Assembly: GCA_964036045.1 (NCBI GenBank)
Contig: OZ038378.1
Coordinates: forward strand, 62,000,001-62,064,000
Direction of reading: 5' to 3'
From: Eutreptiella sp. 'Long Island Sound 2002'
Taxonomy: Eukaryota > Protista > Euglenida
Length of the DNA stretch: 64,000 nt
Under the pieces are notes generated by a model. That model was not told the origin of the DNA. It made no database searches and was given only the letters and a program-made list of their open reading frames with translations. The translations under genes were made by a program, and so were the position numbers. Below are positions 1-10,445 of the stretch, in pieces. Position 1 is the stretch's first letter. Each line of letters begins with the position of its first letter.

Positions 1-77
1 GTGTCGAGAGAGACATGCACAACAAGGAACAGATAAGCGTTGAGTGGACATAGGTACCAGGAGAATGTGACATGGGA

Positions 78-118
78 CCCCTTCTCAGTAGTGGGCAGCA
101 TGTTCATCATTGAAGGGG
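78..118 (-). ncRNA. Candidate minimal box C/D (K-turn) hairpin, copy 1
   Basis: Minus strand reads CCCCTTC-A-ATGATGA-15 nt-CTGA-GAAGGGG. No expression evidence. Confidence 0.25.
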
Positions 119-1295
119 TCTATGGTCATAGGCGCCATGGCCTAGACCACGGACGTACTAAACACCTCAAGGGTGCTGTGCATGAACCGCCAAATAAAAT
201 AAAATCAAGTGCGATAAAACCAAAACATACCATGAAATCACAACCACATTAAATCAATGGACCACCAGTACCCACATAGCAGAGCCCCTTCTCAGTTTTT
301 TTTTTGGCTGACAGTGGGAATTCTGCATCACCCAACTCAAATGCAGTCCGCCACATTGGACAGTACTGCGCCCAGCAAGGCAGAATGAAAAAGAAACTTT
401 GAAGCTGGAATCTGCGCAATGACCCAGACAAGCTGTCAAGGTAGGGGCTGGCGTATGTTGTGCAGCACAAGGGTGCGGTAGGGCTGATTGCAGTGGTCTT
501 TGGCAAGTTTGGCAAACATGCAGATCCGTTGGAGTATGGGAAGATGCCTGGCTCCATCCAACAAAATAGGGCCTACAACAGTAGGCCCTGGACAGATTGT
601 TCCCACATGGCTGACACATCATCGAAGGGGATGCATACGTACATGGCACAATGCATGCTCCATCTAATAAAATAAAATCCATCAAATCCATCAAATCAAA
701 CAGAACCAAGACACAAAAGTATTAGCAACGCACACCTCTGAGAATGGCAACCAGAACAGCCAAAGCAGAGCCCCTTCTCATAACATTGTTTTCGGTGGAA
801 GCGTCAGCCTCCGGGCGCCATACAACTATGGGGATGTTTGAAAAATGTCTTGGGGCACGCAGTTGCAGGGCACAGGGTCGGGCGCCCTGTCGCGCGCATG
901 GTGGTGATGGTGGTGGTGCCATTGCCTTTGGCTTTGGCTTTGCACCATACTTGGCCGGGACAGGGGCTGCGCCTGGAGGCCTCTTTAGGGATGCTGCTGG
1001 TGCGAAGCCGGATCCCTTCCCCCCCCGGATGTGGAGTTGGATGGTACTAATTTTCCCATGCTTAGGCAAATGCTGTTTCATGCCCCACTTTCTCAACAGC
1101 TCTGCCGACCCAAACAGGGCCTGAGAAAAAAGGTCCCTGCGGGGGTCTGTGCCTCTGCTGTAGGGGAAGCACAGACACGATGTCGGCAAAGCATCCCCCT
1201 GCGTTTGCGCCCTTAGAAACAAAAAATCATCGAAGGGGATGCGTAACCTCGTTTGTCAAATAGCAAACATGGAAGCAAATACCAGGAAACCAGAA

Positions 1296-1336
1296 CCCCT
1301 TCTCAGTTGTCGTCAGCACATTCCTCATCGAAGGGG
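1296..1336 (-). ncRNA. Candidate minimal box C/D (K-turn) hairpin, copy 2
   Basis: Minus strand reads CCCCTTC-G-ATGAGGA-15 nt-CTGA-GAAGGGG. Same 41-nt length as copy 1. Confidence 0.2.
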
Positions 1337-2201
1337 TCTGTGGTCGTAGGCGCCGGGGCCTAGACCATGGACATACCAAACACCTCGATGGGTGTTTTTC
1401 AGGAACAAACAGCACACGTTCCAATACACCTTCAAAAGAAATGCAATGCGACAAGTGGCACCAAAGTTGCAAATGTTCACGACTTACACCATAACACACC
1501 TCTGAGAATTGTAGTCTGTGGGTAATCTGTAGTCTTTGATTTTTTCCATGTTTTTCCACTACACACAGAGCCGATTAAAACATTGAACATCACAGACACA
1601 CACCATGTGATGCTGACACTGAAAGAGGCAAGGCAGGCTGTTCCACTCCATTGCGCATGGGGTTGCGTGGCGGGTGTTTTCCCTACACTATGGATTTCTC
1701 TGCATGGTTTTCCAAACTTCCTCAAGAAACACCACGGCAAGACGGAGGACGACAAAACAGAGCACAGGGGTTTTAATGGTCGTCACCAGATCCTGCAATG
1801 AACAACAAAGCGTGAGCAGGGCATAGTGCAGCACATTGCAATGAGCCTTCGGGGCTGCGACAGAGAGGCCGTTTAAAACAAGGAAGTCAAATTCGAAATC
1901 ACTGCAAAGCCCCTTCTCAGATGTACGTTGCTTGGTTTTCAAAATGGTTGCTGGCCATTGGAGGACATGGTGCACATTCTGGTGGACATGGTACACTGAC
2001 TGCTGGGGGCAGTCCCATTCCTCGGCCGCAAATCCGGAGGCTCCGTCCGCACAAAACAGGTGCTAGGAAACAGGTCCCTGCGGGGGGCGACACTGAAGAC
2101 CCACGCGTGACGGAGCAGCACATGTAAATTGTCATGCATCGTCATTGAAGGGGCTCACAGTAAGCAAATTGTAATTGGTTGCACGAGCAAACATGCGAGA
2201 A

Positions 2202-2242
2202 CCCCTTCTCAGTTGTGATCAGCGCGTTCATCATTGAAGGGG
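2202..2242 (-). ncRNA. Candidate minimal box C/D (K-turn) hairpin, copy 3
   Basis: Minus strand reads CCCCTTC-A-ATGATGA-15 nt-CTGA-GAAGGGG, 41 nt. Confidence 0.25.
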
Positions 2243-2427
2243 TCTCTGGTCTAAAGCGCAAAGGCCTAGACCACAAACAATCAAAAACACCTCAAGGGTG
2301 CTGTACACAAACAACTTGTCTGCTCAAACAACCAAAATCAGAATCAAATTGAAGTTGTCACATACATTGTCAACAACAGGTGTGCAATTGGTTTCCAAAC
2401 GGGGGGGTTTGTTTTTTGTGTGGCACC

Positions 2428-2597
2428 TTTTTTCCTTGGGGGGGGGGGGGGGGGGAGTGGTTGGAAGCACCTGATAGTGGGGGGGGGATGGGGGGGTCAC
2501 GGGGGGGGGGTTTTCCTGCGAAGAGTTTGGTGTGGACAAGGGCGGGGGGGGGGGGGGGGTTGATGTAGTGCATAATCAAGGGGTTGGGGGAGGGGGG
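2428..2597 (+). repeat. G-homopolymer-rich tract (G-quadruplex-capable)
   Basis: Many G runs of 4 to more than 15 nt, separated by short spacers. Confidence 0.8.
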
Positions 2598-2662
2598 TTC
2601 ATGGTCTGGTAATGATGGTCCATAAAAGTCTGATGTATGATGTCTGATAGCCGACTAGATCG

Positions 2663-3217
2663 CTATACACATAGCTGGGGCGGGGGCCGTGCGACCTTCT
2701 TGCGGCAGCCATTGCGCCCATATTTCTCTGTCGATGTTGGCACTTGGGCTTCGGCGCCCACGGTGGGGGAGGAAATTGGCACGGTGTTGTTGTAGTGCAA
2801 ATTATAATTGGCGAGCGCGATGAAGGCAATGACTTGAGGAGCGTCCACAGGTAGTCCAACCGGAGCGGCTCCGCCATAGTGGATAAGCTGCGACCTATAG
2901 ATGACCATATCCCCAACATGCATGTCCATCGGGTACTCTCACCAGGGTTTGGGCACCCCCTCATGGGACAAGGGGAAATATCGACCACAACAGGCATCGA
3001 CGAAAATATCCACGTTGCACGGCACAAATACGGAGAGGATGTTGCCTCGAGTCTTGTGCGTCAAGGGGCGATCCCGGTGCCAATGTTGCCGCTTGTCATT
3101 GGTTGCGCCGATATAGCCGGCTCGGACAACCACAACATCCTCGAACTCCTTCACTTTTTGCAACTCCCACTGTACTTCCTTCGCATGGGCATCCAAGGCC
3201 GGAGGTCCATCCCCTCT
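2663..3217 (-). pseudogene. PhyH-like 2OG-Fe(II) oxygenase pseudogene
   Basis: ORFs 3196-2939 and 2929-2663 are in the same frame, separated by one TGA (PKPW*EYPMDM). Motifs: QHWHRD (HxD), ILSVFVPCNVD, FPLSH and GDMVIYRSQLIHYGGA (distal His). Confidence 0.7.
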
Positions 3218-3777
3218 TCACCCGGTAGTGGCAGTCCCAAGTGGCTGTAGTAGGCACTTCGGCCAGGGCTGTCTCCTTGACGGCCTGGAGCCGGCACATT
3301 GGGGTTGAAAAGGGACCCCCACTTGTGACCTGCAATTGTGATGCACTGGTCCAGGGTGGCATTGTGGACCGGGGAGTCGGCAAAGATACCACGATGGCGG
3401 CAAAGCCCAAAGTGGACGATGGCATTGGGGTTCTCATGGGTGACCAACACACCATGCCTCACACGGGGTGCCACAACACCACACCCCCCCAAGAGGTACC
3501 ATATGCGTACACGGTCCCTGGACACATGGAGCCGCCAAAGTGAGCAGTTCACTTTCCTCACCTATGAAATTCTGTAATTGGAAGGAAGGAGATGGAGGCT
3601 ATGGGCCGCAACAACACAACAAGAAGCAAGTATGACGCATCATTACAACGCAGGATTTTCGAACGAGGCAAGCACTAGGAAGACATGAGTGGAGGACAAC
3701 ATAGCGGGTGGGATTGTGACTTCTTTGTGAAAACCCATGTGATGGCCATGGGATAGGGGAGGTGCATGTGGTTGCAC

Positions 3778-3865
3778 AACTCCTTACAAATCCAAGCAAT
3801 TACCCAACTCCTTAGAAATCCAAGCAATTACCCAACTCCTTAGAAATCCAAGAAATTACCCATAC
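3778..3865 (+). repeat. 28-bp tandem repeat x3
   Basis: TCCTTAGAAATCCAAGCAATTACCCAAC units at 3781, 3809 and 3837. Confidence 0.95.
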
Positions 3866-5719
3866 CCTTTTGGAAGCACTGCCCCCAAAATGTGGTCAAG
3901 GTGCTTGCAACCAATCATGAGAAGGGACGCTTCGGAAAATCGGAAGTTTTTTCTGACCAATTTCGGCACAGCGGCTTTCAAAATCCCCACGGATGCAAAA
4001 ACATCCGAACTTTTGTCCGACAGCTTGTTCTTAGCACCGCTACCAACTGGTTGCTAATTTTCGGGCGGGGGAGGCCACGAAACTTGCTTTGCTTTTTATT
4101 TTAACCCTTACCTCAGTTTGAGTAGTGTGTGCTTTGCATGGGTGCGACATGTCATGCACATACCGGTAAAATTTTTGTGTAAAATTGACGGAATAATTGG
4201 GCATCATCCTAGTTGGATCCTGCCGCGCGGTTGCAGTTGTTTTGACCGGATCCCGCTAATCGCATCATAGCTTCATGTGGGGGTGTCAAATTTCAAAATC
4301 TATGTGGTGGTGTTTCGTTGTAAAATGTAGGCGGCCCAAAGTGCCCCTTGCTAGTAACGGTACGGCACAGTCCTCGTCCACCGTAAGACTTTTGAAAAAT
4401 AAAAACCATGCTATGAAAACCGCAGGGGCCTGAAAAAAAAAATCAACATCGTGACTAGGACTTCGAAAAGCAGGCATGAAGTAGGGTGATAGTAGGATTG
4501 CATTTACAACAGGCAAGTCCTTTAATTGCAAAAGAGAAGATTGTTGAAAATGCCGTGCACAACGGGTGTTTCTGACTGAAAGCGGAAACAATCATGTTTT
4601 CGTATTGCGCAAGGGTTGTGTCTGAATGAAAGATGAAACAATCATGTTTTCTTGTTGATCATGGGAACTGTGCATCTAGCTTCGCTACACACCGGGTCAG
4701 GCAACGTACCTGTGCGAGGTCCTCGCTCACAATACTAACATGAGGTAGATGTGAACGAATTTCAGCGGAGTGAATATCTTGTGTAATCAAAATTCAGATA
4801 ACACTAAGGTGCAACACAATGCAACAGTTGAAACTATTTTTCTGCTCAAAAGCAGAAGAGCAGCAACAACTGAAGTGAAATCATGTACCATCATTCAAGG
4901 TAATTTGAAATCGGTGCACCCAACAGGCGAAAAAACTCCCCTATATGACTCATCAACCCCTAAGAAGTCATCAAGTCGGATGAGGTATTTGCAAGAAAGT
5001 GTAGCAAATGGATCTTCAGAATAATGAATGTATTTGTTTGTTCCATCGGCCCGGCACGAACAAAACCTGGTTTGATACACCTTATCATTTCGAAGTGCTT
5101 CATAGGCCAAAAATCGCCTATTCCAAATAATCTAATGTTAACATTGAACGGCAAGGGTCACGGTTATGTGTCATTAAGTCGTCAAATAGGCGAGTGGGCA
5201 AAAATTCACCAAAAAGAAAACAGTCAAAAATTAGCCGGTGTGACAAATCCCATGAGTGCATCCCAGCATGGTCATGCAAGCAAAAAAAAGACACTACTCA
5301 TCTGCAGCCTGAGCTCAAGAGTCACTTTTTGTGCCCCCAAGGATTCGGGTAAACTACCTCAGGGATTCCTATAATCGAGTAGGAACAAAAACGAACGCGG
5401 AAAGGACATGGACGAAGATGCGGGCATATATGTGGTTGGCTACAAGAAGGCATGCACAACGTCTTTTCTTGAGCAGGCTTTGGTAAGAGCGATCGTCATT
5501 TCTTGGTGTTTGCCTCAACCACCTCTACCCCCTATTCTCGCTTCTTCTTGTTAGCTGCCTCCTTTTTGCAAGCTTCCCTCTTTCCCGCGCCGTCCTTTTA
5601 TCTTCCGTTTGTGCCGGATAAAAAGGTCAACGAGAAAAGAAGTCAAGGTGGCGAAAGGTAAAGTGAAACAAGAATACCCTGTTCTTTTCGGCTGCCCGCG
5701 CCGCCTTCTTCCCTTGGTA

Positions 5720-7695
5720 CATGCTAGAACACCCAATCTTGTTCTAGCTTGCACTAGATCAATACTAGAATGATATAATATCTACCCAAACGTCCCATTT
5801 CTTCATTGTTCTGCCGTGCATGCTTGCTATTGTCCGTAGTTCATTGTTCCATGGTTCCCTGTCTCGCGCTTAGATATTAGACGTTTCTTTGCAATGAAAC
5901 ACCCCGCCACTTCCCCCCTTGCTCCCTCCTCAACCGGGAAGGATACTTCCCTGTTGTCTAAGGCACTAAGGGACTTGAGTGGGGCTTCAAACCTCAAGGA
6001 TAAGCGGGTGGGCCTTTACTTGGCCAAGTGGGCGCTATCATGCCCCCTAGCACGGCGGCAGGTCAACAACGCCGTCCAATATGTGAACTCCGCCACTTCT
6101 ACCCATACCACGGGTGAGGCATGCAAGGCCGCCGTTGAGGCATACGCTGCTTCCCTTCTCCCCCCGAGCGCCATGTGTGAACTAGTGGTCAACATCTCAC
6201 GGTCAGTGTGCAGACATGTGTGGCCGACCCCCGCGGGGTGCGCGTGGAGTGGCGCGATGGTGGAGGCCGGACGCGCCTCGTGGGGGTCACCGAGTTGGGC
6301 CGGATGATGGGGACTGACCCCAATTTGGCCCTCTGGGTGCTAGACGGTTTGGGTAGGTGGGAGGCGGACAGAGTTCCGGGGGGCATGGACCCGCAGCGCA
6401 AGGGTTGGGTGAGGGTGTAGAACTGGGCGCGGGAGATGAGCAGCAGCAGCAGCAGCACCAACACCCGGGGGACGACATCCCCCCCAGGGCCCCCAAACCC
6501 CCCCCCCAAGATCCCCAAGAACAAACCCCGCTTCGAGAGTAGCGAGGAACACCCCCCCCAAAAGCCCAGCAAAGCAAGCCGAAGGCCAAGCCCAAGCCCA
6601 AGCCCAACGGCAGGGGCAAGGCCACCCCCCCCCCCAAAACCCCAAGCCCCCCCCCTTGCAAGATAGGGGCCGGGACCCCTATGGGAATGTGCCGGGTGTG
6701 GAGGACACCCGGTATGTCCCTTGGGCGGAGGGGGGCAATGGCAGGACCGTCAGCCAAGTGACGGTGTTGGGGGATTGGGATGAGGAGTTGGACCCGGGGG
6801 AGTGGTGCGTGGTGTCGCAAGGGTCCAATGGGGAGGGGGGGGGGGGGAAGAAGGGGAAGAAGAGGAAGCAAGAGCAGGAGGGGGGCACCTTCCGGGTGGC
6901 GGGGGAGCTCCTCTTCCTCACCCGGGACAAGGCGGAGGCCAACCACCGGGAGGCCTTGGGGGAGGGAGACGACGGGGACGATGGGGATGACGGGGGAGAC
7001 GAGGGTGGCGACAAGGGGGGGGGGGGTGGCAAGGGGGGTGAGGTGTGGGTGACAAGGGGGGTGAGAAGCAAGGGGACACGGGGGGCAAGAAGGGGGGTGC
7101 CGGGTGCAAGGATGAGCCCACGCAGGAGGGGTAAATTGCGTGTCACGACTCGCGAATGGGGGCTTGGGGGGGCAGGGGGGCTAATTGGGTTAATGGGGCG
7201 AATTGGGGTAACCCACCACCAAGTGACCCGGCGCCGGCCCGCCAAGTGACCTATGGGGTCCGCTAGGGGGCTAACCGGGCTAACCGGGCGAACCGGGGGG
7301 TTGGGGGGGGGGGGGACCCGGCGCTCCGTGAGTCGGGTCCAGCATCGGGACCCTGTGATTGGCCACGGCCATGGTAGTCGGGGCAGCTTCTCTTTGAGGA
7401 GTGGCGGAGCATTCATGTACATTGTGCTAGTGGCGTTCTAGCGAACCGTTCTAGTAGCGTTCTAGCGACGCTCAGCGGCGCTCGCTCCGCACAACGGAAA
7501 TTGTTTGGACTCCAAAACGAGGTGAAAACAATGAAATTGTGAAAAAAAACCAATGGCCCCCCAGTACGGATAGGGGGGTTTAGGTTAGATACCTCAACTC
7601 GCCCCCCCCCCCTCCCCTCCCCTCCCCCTCTTTTTTTCATTCTAGCCGCTCTAGCGGCGTCTAGGCTACAACGCGATTGGGTCTTCTAGCGTGTA
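5720..7695 (+). mobile_element. Degenerate element of unknown class, bracketed by GTTCTAGC/GCTAGAAC motif clusters
   Basis: CTAG-motif clusters at 5723-5768, 7426-7467 and 7640-7692. They flank broken plus-strand reading frames (5894-6307, 6208-6666, 6656-~7050) with Pro/Ser- and Gly/Asp-rich segments. Confidence 0.4.
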
Positions 7696-8059
7696 CCAAG
7701 GGCTGGATTTGGTGTAGTTGCCTTCCGCCTTTTATTCGCCCTACTTCTTCTCCTTTGCCGCCAAAGTCCTTGGCGTCCTTCTCCTTTTCGGTTGCACCCG
7801 TCCTGGCTATCTCATTAGCTGCAACCGCTACGTTTGCATCGGCGCGTACAACAAGGTTGGTAATGATGTAGAGATGCATACCTACATTTATGGAGGTTGG
7901 AAGCCGAGAGGAACATTCTATCCTTGGAATGGGACTCGTCCTCATCTTCCACGGGGGCACACATCATGTCCCATTGTGTCCCATTGCCCATCCTTTTGCA
8001 CATGGGGCCCGAGTCGGTGGCACACCCTCTGTAAAAGAGTGTTTTTTTTTATCAAACAT

Positions 8060-8975
8060 GGTACATGCGATGATGTGAGCTAAGCCAAAACAACTACCAC
8101 TGAGTCACGGCATAGGACACGAATATCCGCCAACTTAAGCGCGTTACCAGACCGCACCACCACGTTGGACAAGTCCTTGGGTGGGTTTTCAAAGTGCAAG
8201 GCTGCAGTCTTGATGGCAGCATTCAATCTCACCACTTCCTCCGCAGTGTCCGACAGGTATGGCGCGCGTACCGCGCAATGCCACCCACCACCGCTGCCAT
8301 CATCTCATGGGGTACGGACGCCCGCCTCAGGGTGTTCTTGCACCAGCCCACGAGAGGTTCAGCCCCTGAGAGCTTTGCAGCGGAGTGCATGTTTCTCCTT
8401 CATGGATGCCATTCCTTTCGAATCCAGTCGGAGACCCAGGTACGGCCGATACTCTTGGCCAACAGACGGACCCACGGAGTTGCCGCGTTGTTAGGGCTGA
8501 GGTGCACCATGATCGAGGGGATGTGAGCGACGGTGGCATACGCACACTTGCGACTGTTGAGGGACATGCCCATGTGTGCCAAGTACCGCGCAATTGCCGC
8601 GGCGTACTCAAAGAACTGCGGTAAAGAGTGCGCTATCAGCAAGGGGTCATCACAATGAGCTTGTACCACGGGGGCATCCCCTTGGGCTTTGCGGGCAAGG
8701 CTCCGCAAGAGGGGCTCCGGGAGGAGGAGGTAGAGTACGGCACTTTTCGCGCTGCCTTGTCTCTGGCCTCGATGGAGGCGGATGCTCTGAGTGGGGCCAT
8801 GCGCGGTGACTATGCGCAGTGTGGAGCCGCGGCCAAGGGTATGGAAGAGCTTTATGGGCGTCACGACCCCCGATGGTGGCATGTGCCATACTCGTTGCCG
8901 GGAACGTGAAGATTCGCAACGTTGTAGGGAAAATAACGGGTATATGGAGACAAGAGGGTAGCCAGAAAGAGGCAC
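8060..8975 (-). pseudogene. Non-LTR retrotransposon reverse transcriptase fragment
   Basis: RGQRQGSAKSAVLYLLLPEPLLRSL (QG motif), VQAHCDDPLLIA (degenerate YxDD), MGMSLNSRKC, then a frameshift to PYLGLRLD. Several stops and frameshifts downstream. Confidence 0.9.
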
Positions 8976-9194
8976 ATTTTCGCCTCAAGATGATGCAACA
9001 TACCGCAGCTCGGTCACCTCCACATAGTTTTGAGGGTGCAAAAGTGCCCTTTCCGGGGTAACTTACTAATGGGTGGTTGGGGGGCACCACCAACACCCCC
9101 TTTTTAATAACAAAATCTTGGGAATGTGCACAGAGCCAAAAAAAATTTTAAGCTTCACGGCATTGCTGCGAAGAATCATATTTCCGACTCCAAC

Positions 9195-9960
9195 TGGCTC
9201 TACCGCTGGCAGTAGAACTCACCTGTAGAGGGAGAAAACGTGAATGTGTGAGGAATTGGTGATGGGAAAGGGCGTTGTTCCAAGGCATAGACACACAACT
9301 TGGTATGTTGACGTGGTAGGGAACAATAGAAGGCAAGTATACACAACAGTCTCTCCTCAGGAAAACAAAGCATAGGTGCAAGTCGGTTACCCGTTTTTTT
9401 AAGACGGCATCTTTTTTTACCGCCAGCAGTAGAACCCACACCCCAAAAACTGGTTACAAAACGTTTGTTTACTAGAAACTTATAGACGTTGTGACTTGGA
9501 TAACAAAGGGAATGTATCAAGGTCCAAGTGCACACAAACATGGAATGCAATGCCACCAATAAGTAGGACAAGGGTATGAAGGCGGCAGGAGGCGTGGCTT
9601 ATAAGTGAACACATATGATGAGGGAAAGCAGTATGAGGATACGGCTCCCAGCACTAGAACTCACAAAAACAGGACCGTTCTAAGATCGGAAATAAGCCCG
9701 GCACGTTGGGGACATCAAGGAAAGTATGTGAGCAGGGGTGTTGCAAACCAGGTAACGGAAGTGGCAGGCACATACAAAGTGTCTTTTACTGCCAGCAGTA
9801 GAACACGGCTCCATACGGACAAGCAGCAAGGGCTCCGTGCAAAACAGGGTAGTTCGCGCCGCGCACAGGGCACCAATCCATCACAGTGCCAGGTAGCAAC
9901 CAGTTTCCGAGGGGAGTGGAGGTGGCGGGGGGGGGGGGGTTACTGCCAAAAGTAGAACAC
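9195..9960 (+). repeat. Degenerate array of the palindromic motif TACTGC-CA-GCAGTAGAAC
   Basis: Copies at ~9201, 9417, 9647, 9787 and 9940. Related copies at 15721, 16582 (reverse), 17714 and 28596. Confidence 0.7.
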
Positions 9961-10445
9961 CAACACGGAATGCACTCCGAGATTATTTCTTCTTTCCCTT
10001 ACTCCCGCTCTTCTCAAAAACTTTTGCATGCCCTGTGAAGTAGCGATGTGGGTGGCTGCATAGGTGGAGCTACTGGGGTGTGTTGCCGGGCCTCTCTCTG
10101 CTTCCTGTGGAATGTTGACGGGAAGCCTTGGCATCTTTACTCCGTGGGTCTTCCGTAGCACCTCTCCACTTGCAGTTGTGCCCCGTGGAATAGGAGCAGA
10201 CTGAGAGGCGCTCGCAGACGGCTTGGCTGCGGGGCTACCCTAAGACACCCACCAACACACCATGGGAACAGCTGTACTGTACCGTTGTGCAACAATATAC
10301 CATGTAACACCACTTATGGGTCGTCATATGTGCACCGAAACATGAGTACGAATGACCCAATCAAAAATATTGAACATTAACGTGTTAATATTTGTGAGAT
10401 TAAGATGTTAAGCGCTTCATATATTAAAGATTAAAATTAACCATA

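Larger units (their letters stand above)
78..2305 (-). repeat. Cluster of six paired CCCCTTCTCA...TCATYGAAGGGG brackets plus three ~110-bp multi-hairpin modules
   Basis: Brackets at 78-118, 285-630, 771-1238, 1296-1336, 1910-2153 and 2202-2242. Related modules start at ~76, ~1294 and ~2199. Confidence 0.8.

Noticed and set aside
7320-7410. Multi-hairpin segment as 5S rRNA, tRNA or ribozyme
   Set aside because: No 5S, tRNA A/B-box, hammerhead or HDV core consensus recognised. GC-rich hairpins are expected by chance.
7661-7960. Minus-strand ORF as the restriction-like endonuclease of the adjacent RT element
   Set aside because: No PD-(D/E)xK or CCHC motif could be identified, so it is left unassigned.
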